NCBI RefSeq assembly: GCF_036321535.1
Contig: NC_087437.1
Coordinates: 39,310,001-39,374,000, forward strand
DNA length: 64,000 nt
Reading direction: 5' to 3'
Origin: Camelus dromedarius
Lineage: Eukaryota
Shown: piece by piece, positions 1 to 13,887 of the stretch
Numbering within the stretch: position 1 is the stretch's first letter
Layout: each line of letters begins with the position of its first letter
Program-made: the position numbers and the translations under genes
Notes under the pieces: model-generated
The model's database searches: none
Told to the model about the DNA's origin: nothing
What the model saw: the letters and a program-made list of their open reading frames with translations, nothing else

Positions 1-847
1 AGAAAGCTTCTGACTTTTAACATGGTTTTGTTCAGGACAAGAAATTAAGGGCCTGTGGCCACATTAATTCAATATATTTTTAAACTTGGGGGCATTAGTG
101 GATAATTATTTCCATGATATTATGTACAAATGCATAATTTTTAAGACCCTCAAACATTGATCTTAAAGAGGAAATTTTGAAGAGAACAATTAGGCAAACA
201 TGATTATCAATCTTCAAAAAGGATGATTAACATGATGCAGAATTCCCTATCTTTACCGTAGGTTTGGAAAGCAGTTTCTTAAAGAGGGGCATGTAAGCCT
301 CGAGGAGACAATGTCCTCAGTTTGCTAATCTGTCTTTCTCCCACAAGCCAGAAAAATGACAAAGCGTTAAGAGCCTTGAATGTGAGTTAACATACATTTC
401 TTTTTCTTTTCCAACAGAAATGAAATCATACTTTATAAAACTTCTGGAAACTCTCTTTAAAATTAATATATGTCCTCTTCAATGCTGTTATAATTTGACA
501 AAATCATTTTTAATGACTGACGCTCAATTTTATGTTAAAGAATGTCTTTAATGACTTACCTGTTTGTGGACTTTTTCGTGTGTTCTCTCTCTGTTGCTGT
601 AGTGAACACAGTCACTGTTGAGCACATTTATAGCCAAATCTTTGAGCATCTCCAAAATTATTTCCTTAGAATGAATCAACATACATAGAATGACTACCTC
701 AAAAGTGATGTTTATTGTCCACTTATCCTCCAGAAAGTAATCTAAATTTCTATCAGCCATATTTTGGGAAAATCTGCCCTTTTTCTTTATGGCCAAACAA
801 GACTTACACAATATATTTTATTTTATCACTTTTCCCAATATGATAGG

Positions 848-1259
848 TGTCATTGTTTGGGTTTCCTAAAAAACAGACTTCAAGATTTTTGTGCAAAAGT
901 TTTACTGGAAACAACACAAGTGAGGGATTAGGAAACAGGACAAGGCCGAAAGAGAAATTGAAGTGCGATGCAATTTCAGCAAGAATTCTGCCAACCTTAT
1001 CATTTGAGAGCTAGAGTGTTCCTTCAAAATTGTCCAGTCTTGAGGCGGGGCACTGGTACTTGATACCCTTGAAACAAGCTGTAGGCTGCCTTGGGAGGCG
1101 AATGACCTTGAGTGAGGAGCTTTTCTTCAGCTGAGGGCAGCTCTTCTGGAGAAGGACTTGGCCATGAGCTGTGTGCTGCCAACACGTCCAGCAGTTGAGG
1201 AATGAACGTGGTTCAACTGGGAGGTGTTGCCAGAGCTGCTACCATGCTTTGTGCCACTC
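848..1259 (-). mobile_element. ERVL solo LTR, LTR16-like
   Basis: Resembles the recalled LTR16A-type consensus in reverse (ttcagctgagggca, gctgccaacac-ccagcag, tgcgatgcaatttcagca). Confidence 0.65.
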
Positions 1260-1466
1260 AGATCGACTTGCTTTTTGTAATAATTAGTGGGAACAGGTCC
1301 TCCAGGATTCTGGTTGCTTTCTTTCCCAGGAAAATTTGCAAGAGTAAGATTAGTGAAATGAGCCGCAGTCCCTGCCACGGCAGCTGGTCTAGAGGCTGAA
1401 ACCAATGCTTAGCATTTTCTTCTCATTACAGTTGTAGCTTTTTCTCACCCTGCTTCCATTACCAAG

Positions 1467-1896
1467 TGTTGTAGGTAGAGCTCTCTGGGAAACAGACTAG
1501 AGGTGTGCACACAAGACATTTACTGAAGAGCACCCTTGGGAACAACACATGTGAGAGGTAAGGGTAGCAGAATGGAGCAAATGGCTGAGTGAATTGAGAT
1601 GCAGTTGCAACCAGCATCAGGCAATTCTGTGGAAACTTCAGAGCTAGAATAGTTTTTCAGATTGGCCCCATCTTTACCCAAGGTGGCAGGAATTTGTACT
1701 AGTACTGGGCCAGTCATTGGAGGCAGGCTGCTCAAATAGGGCATGGGACCTTGGGCAAGGTGGCTCTCTCCAGCTGATGACACGTCTAGAGAGGGACTAG
1801 CTGAAATCCATCAGCTGCCAATACCCCTAGTGGCTGAAGTAATGAACATTCCAGTCCCAGATAGGATCTGGGCAATGCACAGTGATATCCCTTACA
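1467..1896 (-). mobile_element. Second ERVL solo LTR, LTR16-like
   Basis: ctctgggaaacagact, ttgggaacaacacatgtgag, ccagtcattggaggcaggctgc; homologous to the 848-1259 element. Confidence 0.7.
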
Positions 1897-2982
1897 GTAG
1901 TTTAAAATGGCATCTCATAATTACTGTAATTTGTATTATTGGATATTTGATATGTCTATTAACATATACATTCCTTCCTTTTGAATTGCCTGCATATTTC
2001 TCTCTTCCATTTTTCTACGTAGATAATATATCACTGATTGGGGCTTTTGTCACATATGTTAAAATATTTTTTCATTTTTCATTTTTTGCTTTTCAGCATA
2101 TTCATGTTTAAACTGTAATAGCACAATATTTTTATGTCTTCCTTTTACATTTCTTTCTTCCATTTGAGTTTTAAGAGTCATATCCAGCTTACAGCTAAAT
2201 ACAGAAAAATTTTTCCAGTAACTTCAAAGTTTTATTTTGTTAGATTTAAATATTTAGTCTATTTGGAATTTATTTTGGTGTATGTTGTAAGGCAAGGACT
2301 TAAATTATGTGTTTTCCAAATAATTCAACAACTATCCCAGCTCCATTTTTGAATGATCCTCCTCATCTTTAATGATTGCAGGCTTTCTTTGTAACATATT
2401 AAGTATATTAGGTTCTTTGATATACCAAGCTTTGTCTATAAGACATGTTGCATCAGTCAGCCTGTTTATGCTAAGGTCGTAACATATTGCCTAAATTATT
2501 ATAGTTTTATACTATGGCTTACCACTCCATTGAGCTAACCCACCAGAGGCAACAGGTTATTGACACAGGAATAGATGATTATCGTTGTCTTAGATACTGA
2601 AATTTTTATACTTTTTTGCTTATATGGACACATCTGTATTTTTTCACTTCTGTCCAATGGTCTACATATTTTGCCATTTGACAGATACTTAAACGCATTT
2701 TGAAAATGTCACATTCTTGTCTTCTCTTCCCCTCCACCTTTTTTTTTTCTTTACAGTCAGTTTTTGAAAACAATTATTTAGTTGCATGTTTCTTTTAAAA
2801 TTCCCTATATATTCTGTTTCAGGCCTGAGCACATGATACAACATAAATAAATATTTATCAAGTGTTGAATGAATAAGATCATTTACTTTCTGTGTCAGCT
2901 CCTTGGCTCTTCATTTCTCTACAAGTCATGTCGAGAATACTTTACAATGTAGTAGGAAAAATTTTTTTAAGTGTTATATTAA

Positions 2983-3117
2983 GGGAGGGAGAGGGTATAG
3001 CTTCGTGGTAGAGTGCGTGGCATGAGGTTGTGGCTTTATTCCCCAGTACCTCCATTAAATCAAACAAACAAACAAACAAACAAGCCTAATTATCTCTGCT
3101 ACCCCCAAAAAACCTAA
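2983..3117 (+). mobile_element. tRNA-derived SINE, camelid Vic-1-like, with target-site duplication
   Basis: gagggtatagct...gtggtagagtgcgtg...ccccagtacctccattaaa with a (CAAA)n tail. Flanked by the direct repeat AAGTGTTATATT at 2969-2980 and 3118-3129. Confidence 0.8.
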
Positions 3118-3349
3118 AAGTGTTATATTGAAGTACACTGAAATAACATATAGATAAGTACTTTTCTTTCCTTTTTTTCCCTAAAGAGATGGTATTCATG
3201 AAGCTTTGAATATTTAGGCTGGATTTATAGAGACTAAATTTGAAGGCCTCCAAACATAGTTGAAAATTTTGGAACTTGTAGGATGAAAAAGCTAGGGAAT
3301 CGTTGTTTTTGTTTATTTGTTGTTACTCATTCCACATGTGTAGTGAGTG

Positions 3350-3512
3350 TAGGACTGGCTATGTAATTTACAGGGATGAGTACAGAAATGAAAAGGTGGG
3401 GTGCCTTGTTCAAAAAGTATTAAGAATTTCATGATAGTGATGGCAAAGCATTCCACCAAGTGTGTGGCCCTTTTGCAGCTGCATAGGTTAAACACTCACA
3501 AAGCTGGCCCAT
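3350..3512 (-). mobile_element. MER91-like non-autonomous hAT DNA transposon
   Basis: aggactggctatgtaattt...ccttgttcaaaaagtattaagaatttc...aagctggccc matches the recalled MER91A consensus in reverse. Confidence 0.7.
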
Positions 3513-4298
3513 GACTGAGCATCACCCATACCTTGTTCTAAGCCCTGGCATTACAGTAGGGAGGCAACTGACATGGTTACTGGCCTTGTGTAACTCACAG
3601 AACATGGATGAAAGCAGAAGACCGTTAACTTATTTCTCTGAGCAGTTCTCTGTTATCTTCCCTAATTCAGATTTAGCTTTAGGAAATTGATTACTTGACA
3701 CTCGTGTCCGATCTCCAACGTAGTTTTTTGACTGCCATGTCCTTGGCTGTCATTTAGCAGAATTTGTTAAATGACCACTGTGTGCAAGTCACCCTACTAT
3801 GAGCTAGATGAAGATAAAATAAAATTAGAAGCTTATTTTTATCATTAAAAAATTGATTCCCAATAAAGCAGTATGAAAGCCCTTTGCAGAGAGTTTTTTC
3901 ATCTCTATAGTGGGCATGTATGTATGATGAATTGTAGCAGCAGCAGCTGGAAATTTTCTTCTCATTACTCTGACTCCCTGAAAGGATATTGTCCTCCAAA
4001 TGTGAGAAGCACTGTCACTAAGGAAGAAACGCACTTCATTAGGACAAGAATGCTGTAGATAATGATTGTGTGGTTTGTCTTGAGTTCAGGACTAACATCT
4101 GTGTGATAGTTTTCTTTGGGGGAAGGGGATAATATCAAAATATTTTAGCCAAAGAACCTCAGGAATTGATAGGAAATAGACAGAAATAAATTTTCTTTAG
4201 CAATTGATTCCTCAGCATGCTAGTTATGCCCAAACAAGCAGAGGATTTTTTTTTTGACATCTGTTTTACTTTGTTTCTTGCCTCTTCCTGCATTCAAG

Positions 4299-4416
4299 CT
4301 GTCAGCTCTTGCTCTGTTAACAATGAGGGCTATAAGCCGTAGTGTGTTCAGATCACTGATGAACACTACCTGCCTTTCACACCACCAGCTGAAATGAGAC
4401 AGCAAACACTGTGAGA
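4299..4416 (+). pseudogene. EGFEM1: Heavily decayed EGF exon (homologue of MEGF6 AINSCALGNGGCQHHCVQLT exon)
   Basis: Polypyrimidine tract then caag|CT. Reads AVSSCSVNNEGYKP*CVQITDEHY/(~8-nt deletion)/CLSHHQLK*DSKHCE, with stops at 4340-4342 and 4395-4397. The donor reads GGAAGT instead of GTAAGT. Confidence 0.75.
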
Positions 4417-7400
4417 GGAAGTCACAGTGAACACACGTTACCTGCTGCAAAGGAACAACATGTTGAGAGCAATAAAATTTTTTCCAGCCCTATATACCAT
4501 TTTGCAAGATCGTGTGTTTGAAACAATCATTTTCCCCCTACCACCTACTTCACATGTTGCTTTCCACAAACAGCTGTTGCCTTTTTGGTCTCTGAAACCA
4601 TTTGAGGCTCTAGGTTCATATTCAGTCACTTTTAAGGTGGGGCAGCCAGCTTGAGCAGTGTGATTCATGGCAATGAGCTGTGACAGAATTCAAGAATTTA
4701 AAGCGATGTTAAATATCCCATTGAGGTTATAAGAAATCACAAACAAAGGTTTCTGGAAAATGTGGAAATGCCCAAACTAAGCAGGATGGGTGAGGTCTTT
4801 TCTTTTCCACTGTCTATTTTGTTACTTGTACTTCAAGAAGAAATGGTCTGCAGACTCAATAGGAAAAACTATATGTATTCACAGTAGTGTTTTTGATAAG
4901 TAGCATGTCTTCTCGCTTTTATTTTTATTTAATTAAAATTATCTGAAAAGACTCTACATGCTTACTTGAACTCATTCAGTAGGGAGTTTAAGGGGGGGCT
5001 TTAATCTTCCCCCCATAATTTTCATCTGTTTCCCAGTTGTACCTCCAAATGATACATATATTCTTTAATATAGGCAATACATTTTTCTCAGTCCTAAGTA
5101 AAGTGTAAATAAACCATCCTTTAAATTTTTGTAATTTTTATTAATCTCTAGCATAAAATCTAAATATAAATGGCTCACTTGCTTTTACAAAATTGTGGCT
5201 TCAAGAATGCATTCTCTTCCAAACAGGGTGTTTTTCCCAAGATCCTTCTGTACAGAAATTCTGGAATCACTGCTCATTCCCCAGATGGTTACAGCTTTTT
5301 TTTTTCCCCCCCAAATTAGGTCTTTGGGATTTTTTTCTTTTCCTAACTTCCCATTTTTTACCCCCTGTCTAGTCTCCTAGTCAAAATATCTCCAACCTGG
5401 CAACAAAGGTCTTCTTACTAACCTACCTTATGATCTCAGTACTGTATCACCGCTCCTCCGTCCTTAAGCCTTCTCACTACCAAAGATATGAGCTCCCTTC
5501 AGTCTGCATGTTCTGGGGTTCCTTACTTAGAGATCTTTCTTAGACTGCTTGAAATTATGCAAAAGAATGACAGCTTTTCATGCACCCTAGAATTTACTTT
5601 CCTGACAAAAGACTAGAGGGCAATTGGGATCAAGTTCACGACACTGCAAGGTGGGTGGGGCAAGGCAAAGATCTCCATTATGTACTGAAAGAAAAACACA
5701 CCCTAGCTATTTTAGCACAGTTGACAAGAAGTGTCCTTTGCAACTAAAATTATGCATGATTTATCTGAGCAACCGTTCACGTTTTGAGTTGGGGATTGTT
5801 CTGCTGCAGTCATTCGTTGTAACCAAAGGAAAGCAGCAGAAGCTATCTCGCTGAGGACTAGCAGAGGCGGGTCTGAATCTACAAGTGTAAGGTCACGGTC
5901 TTACCCAAGAAGTCCACAGTTTGCCAGCAACGAATAAGGAACAAGTGGCAATTTGGGACAGAAGTGGGAAGAAGAAAACGAACATATTAAGGTTTCTTGC
6001 TTTTAGAATTATGTGGGTGAACTATAACTTGATATAGTATAGAGTGCAGACAAACTTTCCAAGACTGTGGTTCTGCTATCCTTGGGATGAAATCAGGGAC
6101 ACAGAGTTGTTTTCCTCTGGTATCCTGGTATACTTAGTAGGAAATTCCAGTAGCCCCAAAGAAAAGCTGCCTTCCAGCTACTATTGACATTTTCAATTAC
6201 TCTGCATAATTAAGTGCTGTGTTGACATAATAAGATTCTCTGCCTATAGTCATCTAATCCTAATCCAACAAAAGATGGGAAGACTTTTCTTGATTTGTTC
6301 AACGAACATTTATGGATTGCTTCTTCTTGGTGGCAGTGAGCCTGAGAGTGATTTTTCTGCCCCTAGGAAGATATTCATCATAAATTGAGTTGAGAAGCTC
6401 ATTCAGCTGTAAACTGAAGTTCGGTAGTAACATGTCCCTTCCTAGAAGTAGACCATGGAGTCCTGAGTAAGACAAGATGTGGAAGTGGGACCGTTTTCCA
6501 GCCACTGACCTAGACTTTCTCAGCATGGTTTAATTACTTTATTTCAAGTTAATATTTGGGACTTTACTGTCACACATATTTTTCTATCAAAAGCTATTGG
6601 GATTATTTAAATCATATTCACTTCTGTTTCCAGTTATGAAGTCATATGGTTGAAATTGCATTGATTTAATCACATGGATTTGTACCATTTTTAAGAGAAG
6701 CTCGAAATCATGCAACTGCACCAAAGGAGTTGACTTTAGATAAATGTTAAGTCCTATGGGATGATTCATGGTTCACCTAAATTTTTATCCAGAACCACCC
6801 ACAAATAATCCTGTGTCTGTTGGAAAGACATTTGCAGTGCTCACAGACACAGGGCTGTGATTTTGCTGACAACGTGTCACTGTCCAAGACAGTAAAGAGA
6901 AAGCAACAAGAATATGATTATATATATATATGGACATCTTAGAGACTGGCAGTGATTTAGACCATACAATTCAGCATCTTAAAAGGAGTACCAAAAAAAA
7001 AAAAAAAAATCAAAAGTATCCCATCACCATTTGGTAGCAGAGTTAAAGACTTGAGAGTAAAGACCCCACCAACTGGCCTCCAACCCACACACAGAATCAC
7101 TGGCTTTAGAAAGATGTATGTAAGGTTTGACTGCTTCACTACAGAGTAGTGCCAGCTTGTTATGAATTGGGCGTTTTATCTGTTCATCACTGGAGGTTTG
7201 GAACAAAGCATTGGAAGAAAAGGAAGTGGGCTTCTCTTTTCTCTAGATCGCAAATGTTTTCTGTGCTATGTATTACTGATTGAACCCTTTGTTGTGGCTC
7301 AGTTTCTTCTTATCAACTTGTCCTAAAATTCTCTCCATTAACTGAAAACAAGAACTGCAGAGATCTCCAAGCAGAAAGGAAGCTGGGCAAGAAGAAATGT

Positions 7401-8790
7401 GGGCTAGGGCCAAAAGGATGAACCAGAGAAGAGAACAGGATTGGCATGATTGGTTTATATTCCCCTGGGGTTGATGCATGGCCCCCAGAACACAGTAGTG
7501 GGAAGACATCGGTCTCCAGTGTCTGCCACATGACCCTTCAGGACCCAGCTTATACTTCCTCTTGCCCACAGGCACCAACACGCAAACACACAGACCTCCC
7601 CCATAAACACTCTTCAGCTAACTTCGACACATGCATTCATTTGTTCAACTCTTATTTAGACTGGGTATTTTTGACTCCCTCTCATGTTCTTACTATTGCT
7701 TTGCCTTTTCCTTTTTCTTTTTTAAGCAAATGATACGTATCTGCTGAACTATAGAACACCAATGGGTAAAAAAAAGAAAAAAAGAAACTTCACCTTTAAT
7801 CCTACAGCCTCAACACCAGTGGATATTTGGTTTCACTTTTATCATGTTATGGGTTCTTCCAGAAAATATATATACTTCTGGGGTTTTGTTTTGCTTTTAT
7901 CAATTTTGGGATCATATTGATTGTGTGGTTTTATAACCTAAACTGTTTTTTTTCTTACTCCATATCTTATGAACTTATTTCTGTGTCAGTTAAAGATAAT
8001 TCTACTACATTATTTCCAATAGCTGCATAATATCCCATTGAGTGAATATAGCAAAGTGTCTTTAATAATTTTTCCACTATCAAATAACAAGGATTTTTAC
8101 TCTTATACTTTTCAAAACAATGCTGCAATGAACACTCTTCTATTTTTGCAAACATTCTCAATTATCTCCTTAGGCTAATTTCTTGAAAATACAATTATGA
8201 CATCAATCATATGGCTTTGATATGTAGCCAACTACAATCATAAAGCCATGTTTTATTCAATTAGGAATGTCAAGATACCATTCATTCTCAACCTCACCAG
8301 TTTGATGAACCCAAAGGTATTTTATTATTCTTATTTGACCTTTTTTTTTTTTTTAACACATGAGGTTGAAATTTGTTTGTTTATTTCTTGGCCATTTGAA
8401 TACATTTTATATTACATTGCCTTTTTTATGCCATCTGACATTTTTCAATGGGCATGTGCTTTTTTGTTGATATATGAAAAGATATATTGTGGATATTAAT
8501 GAACTCCTTAAAATAACATACATTCTGATATTTTTCCAATTTATTTGATTTTTTCATAGTTATGTAAGTTTTTCTTAACATTTTAAAGTATTTTACTTTG
8601 TGTAATGTATTTTCTTTTATGTTTTCCCCCAAATAGAAATTTTACTCTGAAATATTTCATATTTACCAAAATACAAATTTTAAAATGTAATTTAAAATTA
8701 AGAATAAATTTCAAATATATGAAATCTCTACTACTGAAAGATAAAAGTATAATTTTCTCTTAATATTTTGTGTGTATATAATGCATCCAC

Positions 8791-9662
8791 TGTATGGAAT
8801 CCTAGGAACTGTTTTTATTCACACTTCTGATAACAAACATGTTGGTTTTCCACACCAAGAAATTCTCCAGTTCTCTGCAGACACCAACTGGGTATCAATT
8901 CACTTTTGACATTAACTACCTAGAGTTAACACAGACCCCACGGATTTAAGAACTCAATCCCACAAGTCTGCCTGCATTTCTAATCTCAAGTCCCAGGCTT
9001 CCTATACTTCTGACCAAATGGCTATAAACTCGGGGTAGGGGGGTCCTATGAGTCCCTCCTTAGGTTCAGTAATTTGCTAGAAAGGCTCACAGAACTGAGG
9101 AAGGTACCTTACTTACTACTACCAGTTTATCATAAAGGATACAACTCAGGAATAGCCAGGTGGAAGAGATACTGGGGGTGGGGGACACAGAATTTCCATG
9201 CCCTTTCTGGGCACAGCTCCCTCCCCCACCTCAATGTTTTGACCAATAGGATCTCTACAAACTCCATTAATTAGAGAGTTTTATGAAAGTTTCATTACTT
9301 AGGCATGATTGATTAAATCCTTAGCCATGGAGATTATCAATCTCCAGCCCCTCTCCCCTCTTACCCCTCTAATCTCCCTGGATTACAGAAGTGGGGATAG
9401 AAAGGCCTGAAAATTCCAGTCCTCTAATTACATGGTTGGTTCCTCTGGCAACCAGATCCCATCCTAAAGCTATCTAGGGACCCATCAAGAGTCATCACAT
9501 TAGCATAAATTCAGGTATAATTGAAAGGGACTTATTATGAATAACAAAAGAAGCTTATCTCATCCTTATTACTCAGGAAATTCTGATGATTTAGAAGTTC
9601 TTGTGCCAGGAGCCAGAGGATGGAGACCAATTGTGTATTTCTTGTTATATCACAACATCACA
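8791..9662 (-). mobile_element. MER21-like solo LTR
   Basis: TG...CA ends; cacttctga...caccaactgggt...ttgttatatcacaacatcaca is typical of MER21. Confidence 0.75.
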
Positions 9663-11189
9663 ATTGCCATAGCTTACTTAAACAGTTCCTGATAAATAGA
9701 AACTTTGTCTTGGTACATAATCTTTGGCCATTTGTTGCATTATTTCTTTAGGTTTAATTTCTAAATGTGGAATCATTGACTGTAAAATATGTGCCAATTT
9801 TTGGCTGTTGATACAATTTACTAATCTGTCTTCAAGAAAAGGGAACCAGTTTACTTTTCCACCAGTATATGAAGGCTAGTTCTTTCATACCAACACAAGA
9901 TATTGTCATTCTTGTTTATCTTGCATGTGGATAGACAAAAATAATTTTATCAAGTTGTAAATTGTGAATATAAAGGTTTGCTAGGAAGAGTGGAGGACGC
10001 ACATTTTAGGAAGCCTTGGGAGTCAGGCTGAGCTTAGATTTGATGTACGGAAAAAAAGCAAGGGAGTCTGTATCTGTTGTCAGCTTGGAAATGACATAAT
10101 AAAGTTGATATTTAAGGAAAATCACTTTGATGATTAAGAAATCTGTAATGATTCAAGTATGATTAAATAAGTGTCAGCAGAGATTTAACAGGAGGATTAT
10201 AACTGAGTTGAGGAAGAAAATAGATGATGTGATGAGAGATTAAACATAAAGAGATCGTTTCAGTGTTTCCCATTTGGGACTTAGGAATGCTAGTAATGTC
10301 TTATGATGACAGAGAAGTTGATAAGAAGAAGTTATCGGACTGCTGAGTTTAACGAGATGGGGGTGTGTTGAGGGCAGTGAAGGGAATATCCATGTGGGGG
10401 ACCCGTTTTAAGTTCAGTTGGAAAGAGGCAGGCCAAGCAGAGGAGAGGGCTCAGGAAGCTCCACAGTGTGCCTGGAAGAGCATTAGAAACTGTCGTACTT
10501 GCTTTTCTGGCGTTACAAACCGAGGTGTAAAAGAGATGGGCTATTATTGGGTTGAATTTTCCAAAAAAAAAAAAAAATAGTACGTAAGCTTGTAGTAAGT
10601 GGTTAAGCATTTGGAGAGTAAAAAGAACAGCTGAAAAGTGGCTTTGTTGAGAGAATTAGAATCATAGATAAAAATAATCTTAGAGATTTAGTTTGGTTCA
10701 TTAGTTTTAACATTAAATTCTCCTAAGAACTTACTTGCATTTAAGAGATTTAGGAATTTAAGGAAGGTAACTCAAGGAATATATTTTATGTGTGTGTGTG
10801 TATGTCTGTGTCTGTCTGTGTGCGTGCATGCACGCACGTGGAAAGGGGAGGATACGAGTGGTGAACTGTTTCAGGCTTTTCATCCGTTATTTAATTGGAA
10901 CTCCACTTTTAACCATTTAGTATATCAGGTTTTTATGTAAGATACAATTTTGAAAGGGTTAGAGTGGCCTTAAAAGATTTGAAACCTAGTAATCCTAAGT
11001 TTACGAATGGGGAAAAATTGAGTCCCAAAGAGACTAAATCCATCCATTCATTCATTATTCAATGACTATTCAGTGAGCACCTGCTTTGGGCCAGGGACTG
11101 AGATAGGCAGGCACTGTAAGCCCAGCAGTGAATAAGAATGAAGTCAAGGGGAAGAAGTAGACATTGAGCATAACACCACACAAATGGGT

Positions 11190-11965
11190 GTGAAAATGCC
11201 AAATGGCAGTTGGGCCAGGCCCAGCCCTGACCACCAGGGTGTCCACAGAAGCCACAGCTGAGCCACAAAGTCAGCTGGGCCAAGGGCCGGCCCAGCCCAC
11301 CAGCATATCCACATCAATTGCAGCCCAACCACAACAAGAGGGCACACGTGGCTCTGATGACCAAGGGAGATTGCACCCCTGGGCCCCGCAGGGCATTTTC
11401 TATCTCAAGCCACATATTTAGGGATCACAGCTGATATACCTAATATATAGAAACAAACACAGAGAGTTAGACAAATTGAGGAGACAAAGGAATAACTTCC
11501 CAACAAAAAGATAAGATGAAACCTCAGGGAAAGAACTGAAGGAAGTGGAGGTAAGTAATATACCAGATAAAGAGTTCAAAATCGCAGTCATAAAGATGCT
11601 CACACAACTCAAGTGAAGAATGAATGGACTCAGTGAGAACTTCAACAAAAACATAGGAAATATAAACAAGAACCAATCAGAATGGAAGAATACAACTGAA
11701 ATAAAAAAATATACTAGAAGGAATCAACAGCAGGTTAGAGGATACAGAAGAACAGATCAGTGATCTGGAAGACACTTGAACAGTGTTACCTCGTTGGAAG
11801 AGCCAAAAGAAAAAATAATTTTTAAAAATGAGACAAGTTTAAGAAACCTCTGGTCCAACATCAAGTGTACTAACATTTGCATTATAAGGGTCCCAGAAGG
11901 AGAAAAGAGAGAGAAAGGGATAGGAAGCATATTCACAGAAATAATGGGAATGGACCTGCCCAAAC
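11190..11965 (+). mobile_element. LINE-1 5' fragment (5' UTR end and ORF1 N-terminus), decayed
   Basis: gataaagagttcaaaat...gaaggaatcaacagcagg...gatcagtgatctggaagac...ataaggggtcccagaaggaga-like ORF1 motifs (NIKCTNICIIRVPEGEKREKG). Confidence 0.85.
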
Positions 11966-12729
11966 CCTGCAGTGACATCTAAAACTGAACTGAAAATAAA
12001 AATCACCTCAAAGAAAGCATCAAGAGGTTAATGAATTTAATCAGGGGCTTGCAGATGTAACTCAAAGTAAAATCACTGTGTTTCCAGGTCGTTAAAAATA
12101 ATTGTTTCCTACTTCAGTGGTAGAGATCTTGGTGTTGAAACTGCACCTTTTGTGTTTTCAGTAGACATTGACTGCTTGCTCTTACTGTCCCCAGCCTCAA
12201 ATTCTATTACTTTATACTGACTACACTGAGTCCCCCTCCACACCTCTCCTCTCCCTGTGGTCTTTTTGGTGTCATTAGCATCTCTTATCTCAGGAAGTAT
12301 TGACAAACTGAAAGCAGCAACTTCTACTGAGGTCCTTTTAAGTTTGTCATGGATCAGTATATGTCCAGCGATTTATTTTATTTTTATCACTTTACCCTTT
12401 CTGTTATAAAAGCAATATGTATTCATTGAAGGAAATTTGGAAAAAATGCATAATAAAATAACACAAAAGAAAAATCATAGAAATCACCCAGAAGTAACAG
12501 TTTTTAACATATTGGTTTATATTTTTTCAAGTATTTTATTTACATAAATAAATAAAATAAGCATATACTATACCTTCTATTATAAAATTTGCATTATTAA
12601 AATACTTTAAACATTATTTCATATAACAAATTTAATTATAAAAATTTAGCTTTTTATATATGATGCTTAATGACTGCACTATAATTGTAGCTTACATTTA
12701 TTTAGAATTACCTTTGGGTCAGACACCAC

Positions 12730-12925
12730 TGAAAAGTGCATTTATATGCATTGACTTATTTAAATTCACAGCAATCTTATAAAGTAGGCACTGTTACCAT
12801 CCCCATTTACAAAGGAGGAAATAGAGCACAGTAGAGGTTGGGTAATTGGTCCAAGATTTCATAGCATGAAAGCGGCAGAAGCAGGATTTGAACCCAGGAA
12901 CTGGAACTCTGGAACCCAAGATTTA
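12730..12925 (-). mobile_element. MIR SINE
   Basis: ccccatttacaaaggaggaaatagagc...ggatttgaacccagg core. Confidence 0.7.
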
Positions 12926-13811
12926 TCAAGCTGACTGTATAATGCATGGCATACTATTGTTTTTTTATAATTGCACTATTTCAATATCCTGATGTAGGAT
13001 AATTGAGCTTGCACTTCTAATTATTTTAAAGAAAATTGCAATAAGTATTCTTACAGATAAATCTTTGCTCCCAATATGATAATTTCCTTAAGATAAATTC
13101 CTGTGATTGAAATTGTTAAGAGTTCAGGGTTTATTTGCACAATTTATGGCACCAAATTTTCATGCAAATTTAAATCTTAAGGCAGTTCAGTCTAACACAC
13201 TCATAGACTGAAAACTGGAAGCAATAGAGCACTAAATTCAAATCCTTTTTTGATTTCCAGCAAATCACATCACCACTGTGTAACTTGTGGGAAACAAGCC
13301 TGATAATCCTGTCCTGACCTTAGAGTTATGAACTGTTTTGGAAGTCTGAAAGATGATTCATATGAATTTAAATGTGACAAAATCTTTAAAGCACAGGTGC
13401 CTTGCATATATAATAGGCTTTCAGTATGGGGTTGATGACTGACTAGTCCAGATCTGGAAAGTGTCTTCTATTTCCTAGTTTTCTGATATTTGACCTAAGG
13501 AAATGTTTGCCTGAATATTTTGAATTACAGAGATCATCTAGAAGCTGAATAAATGACATACTGGAGGATTGAGGTCAAATGATCTTCGTTGACCTATTGT
13601 ACCTTTTGAAAATATATCAAGGAGTTATATCTACCGTTGCTTTAATAGAATTTCCAAGTGAGCCTGTTTTCAATATTGGTAAGCCTGGAAATGCCTTTAC
13701 ATGGAAATTATTGATGGCAGATAATAAGCTACAGTAGCACTTTGGAAACTTTTGAGCTTTTTGTTTTTTAACTTTTTCCTAACCAAAAATTTAAATAAAA
13801 GCTCTAGCATC

Positions 13812-13817
13812 TGTATG

Positions 13818-13881
<64 letters not shown>

Positions 13882-13887
13882 CACACA
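13812..13887. repeat. Compound (TG)n(TA)n(CA)n microsatellite
   Basis: Directly visible dinucleotide runs. Confidence 0.95.

Noticed and set aside
3730..3860. Apparent EGF-like peptide traces (CASHP/YELDEDK)
   Set aside because: The sequence fits a reversed L2 3' end (catt-a-caga-attt-tt-a-tga-cactgtgtgc-ag-cac) and has no proper splice sites.
10820..10837. Perfect palindrome GTGCGTGCATGCACGCAC
   Set aside because: Explained by the adjoining (TG)n microsatellite; no evidence of function.
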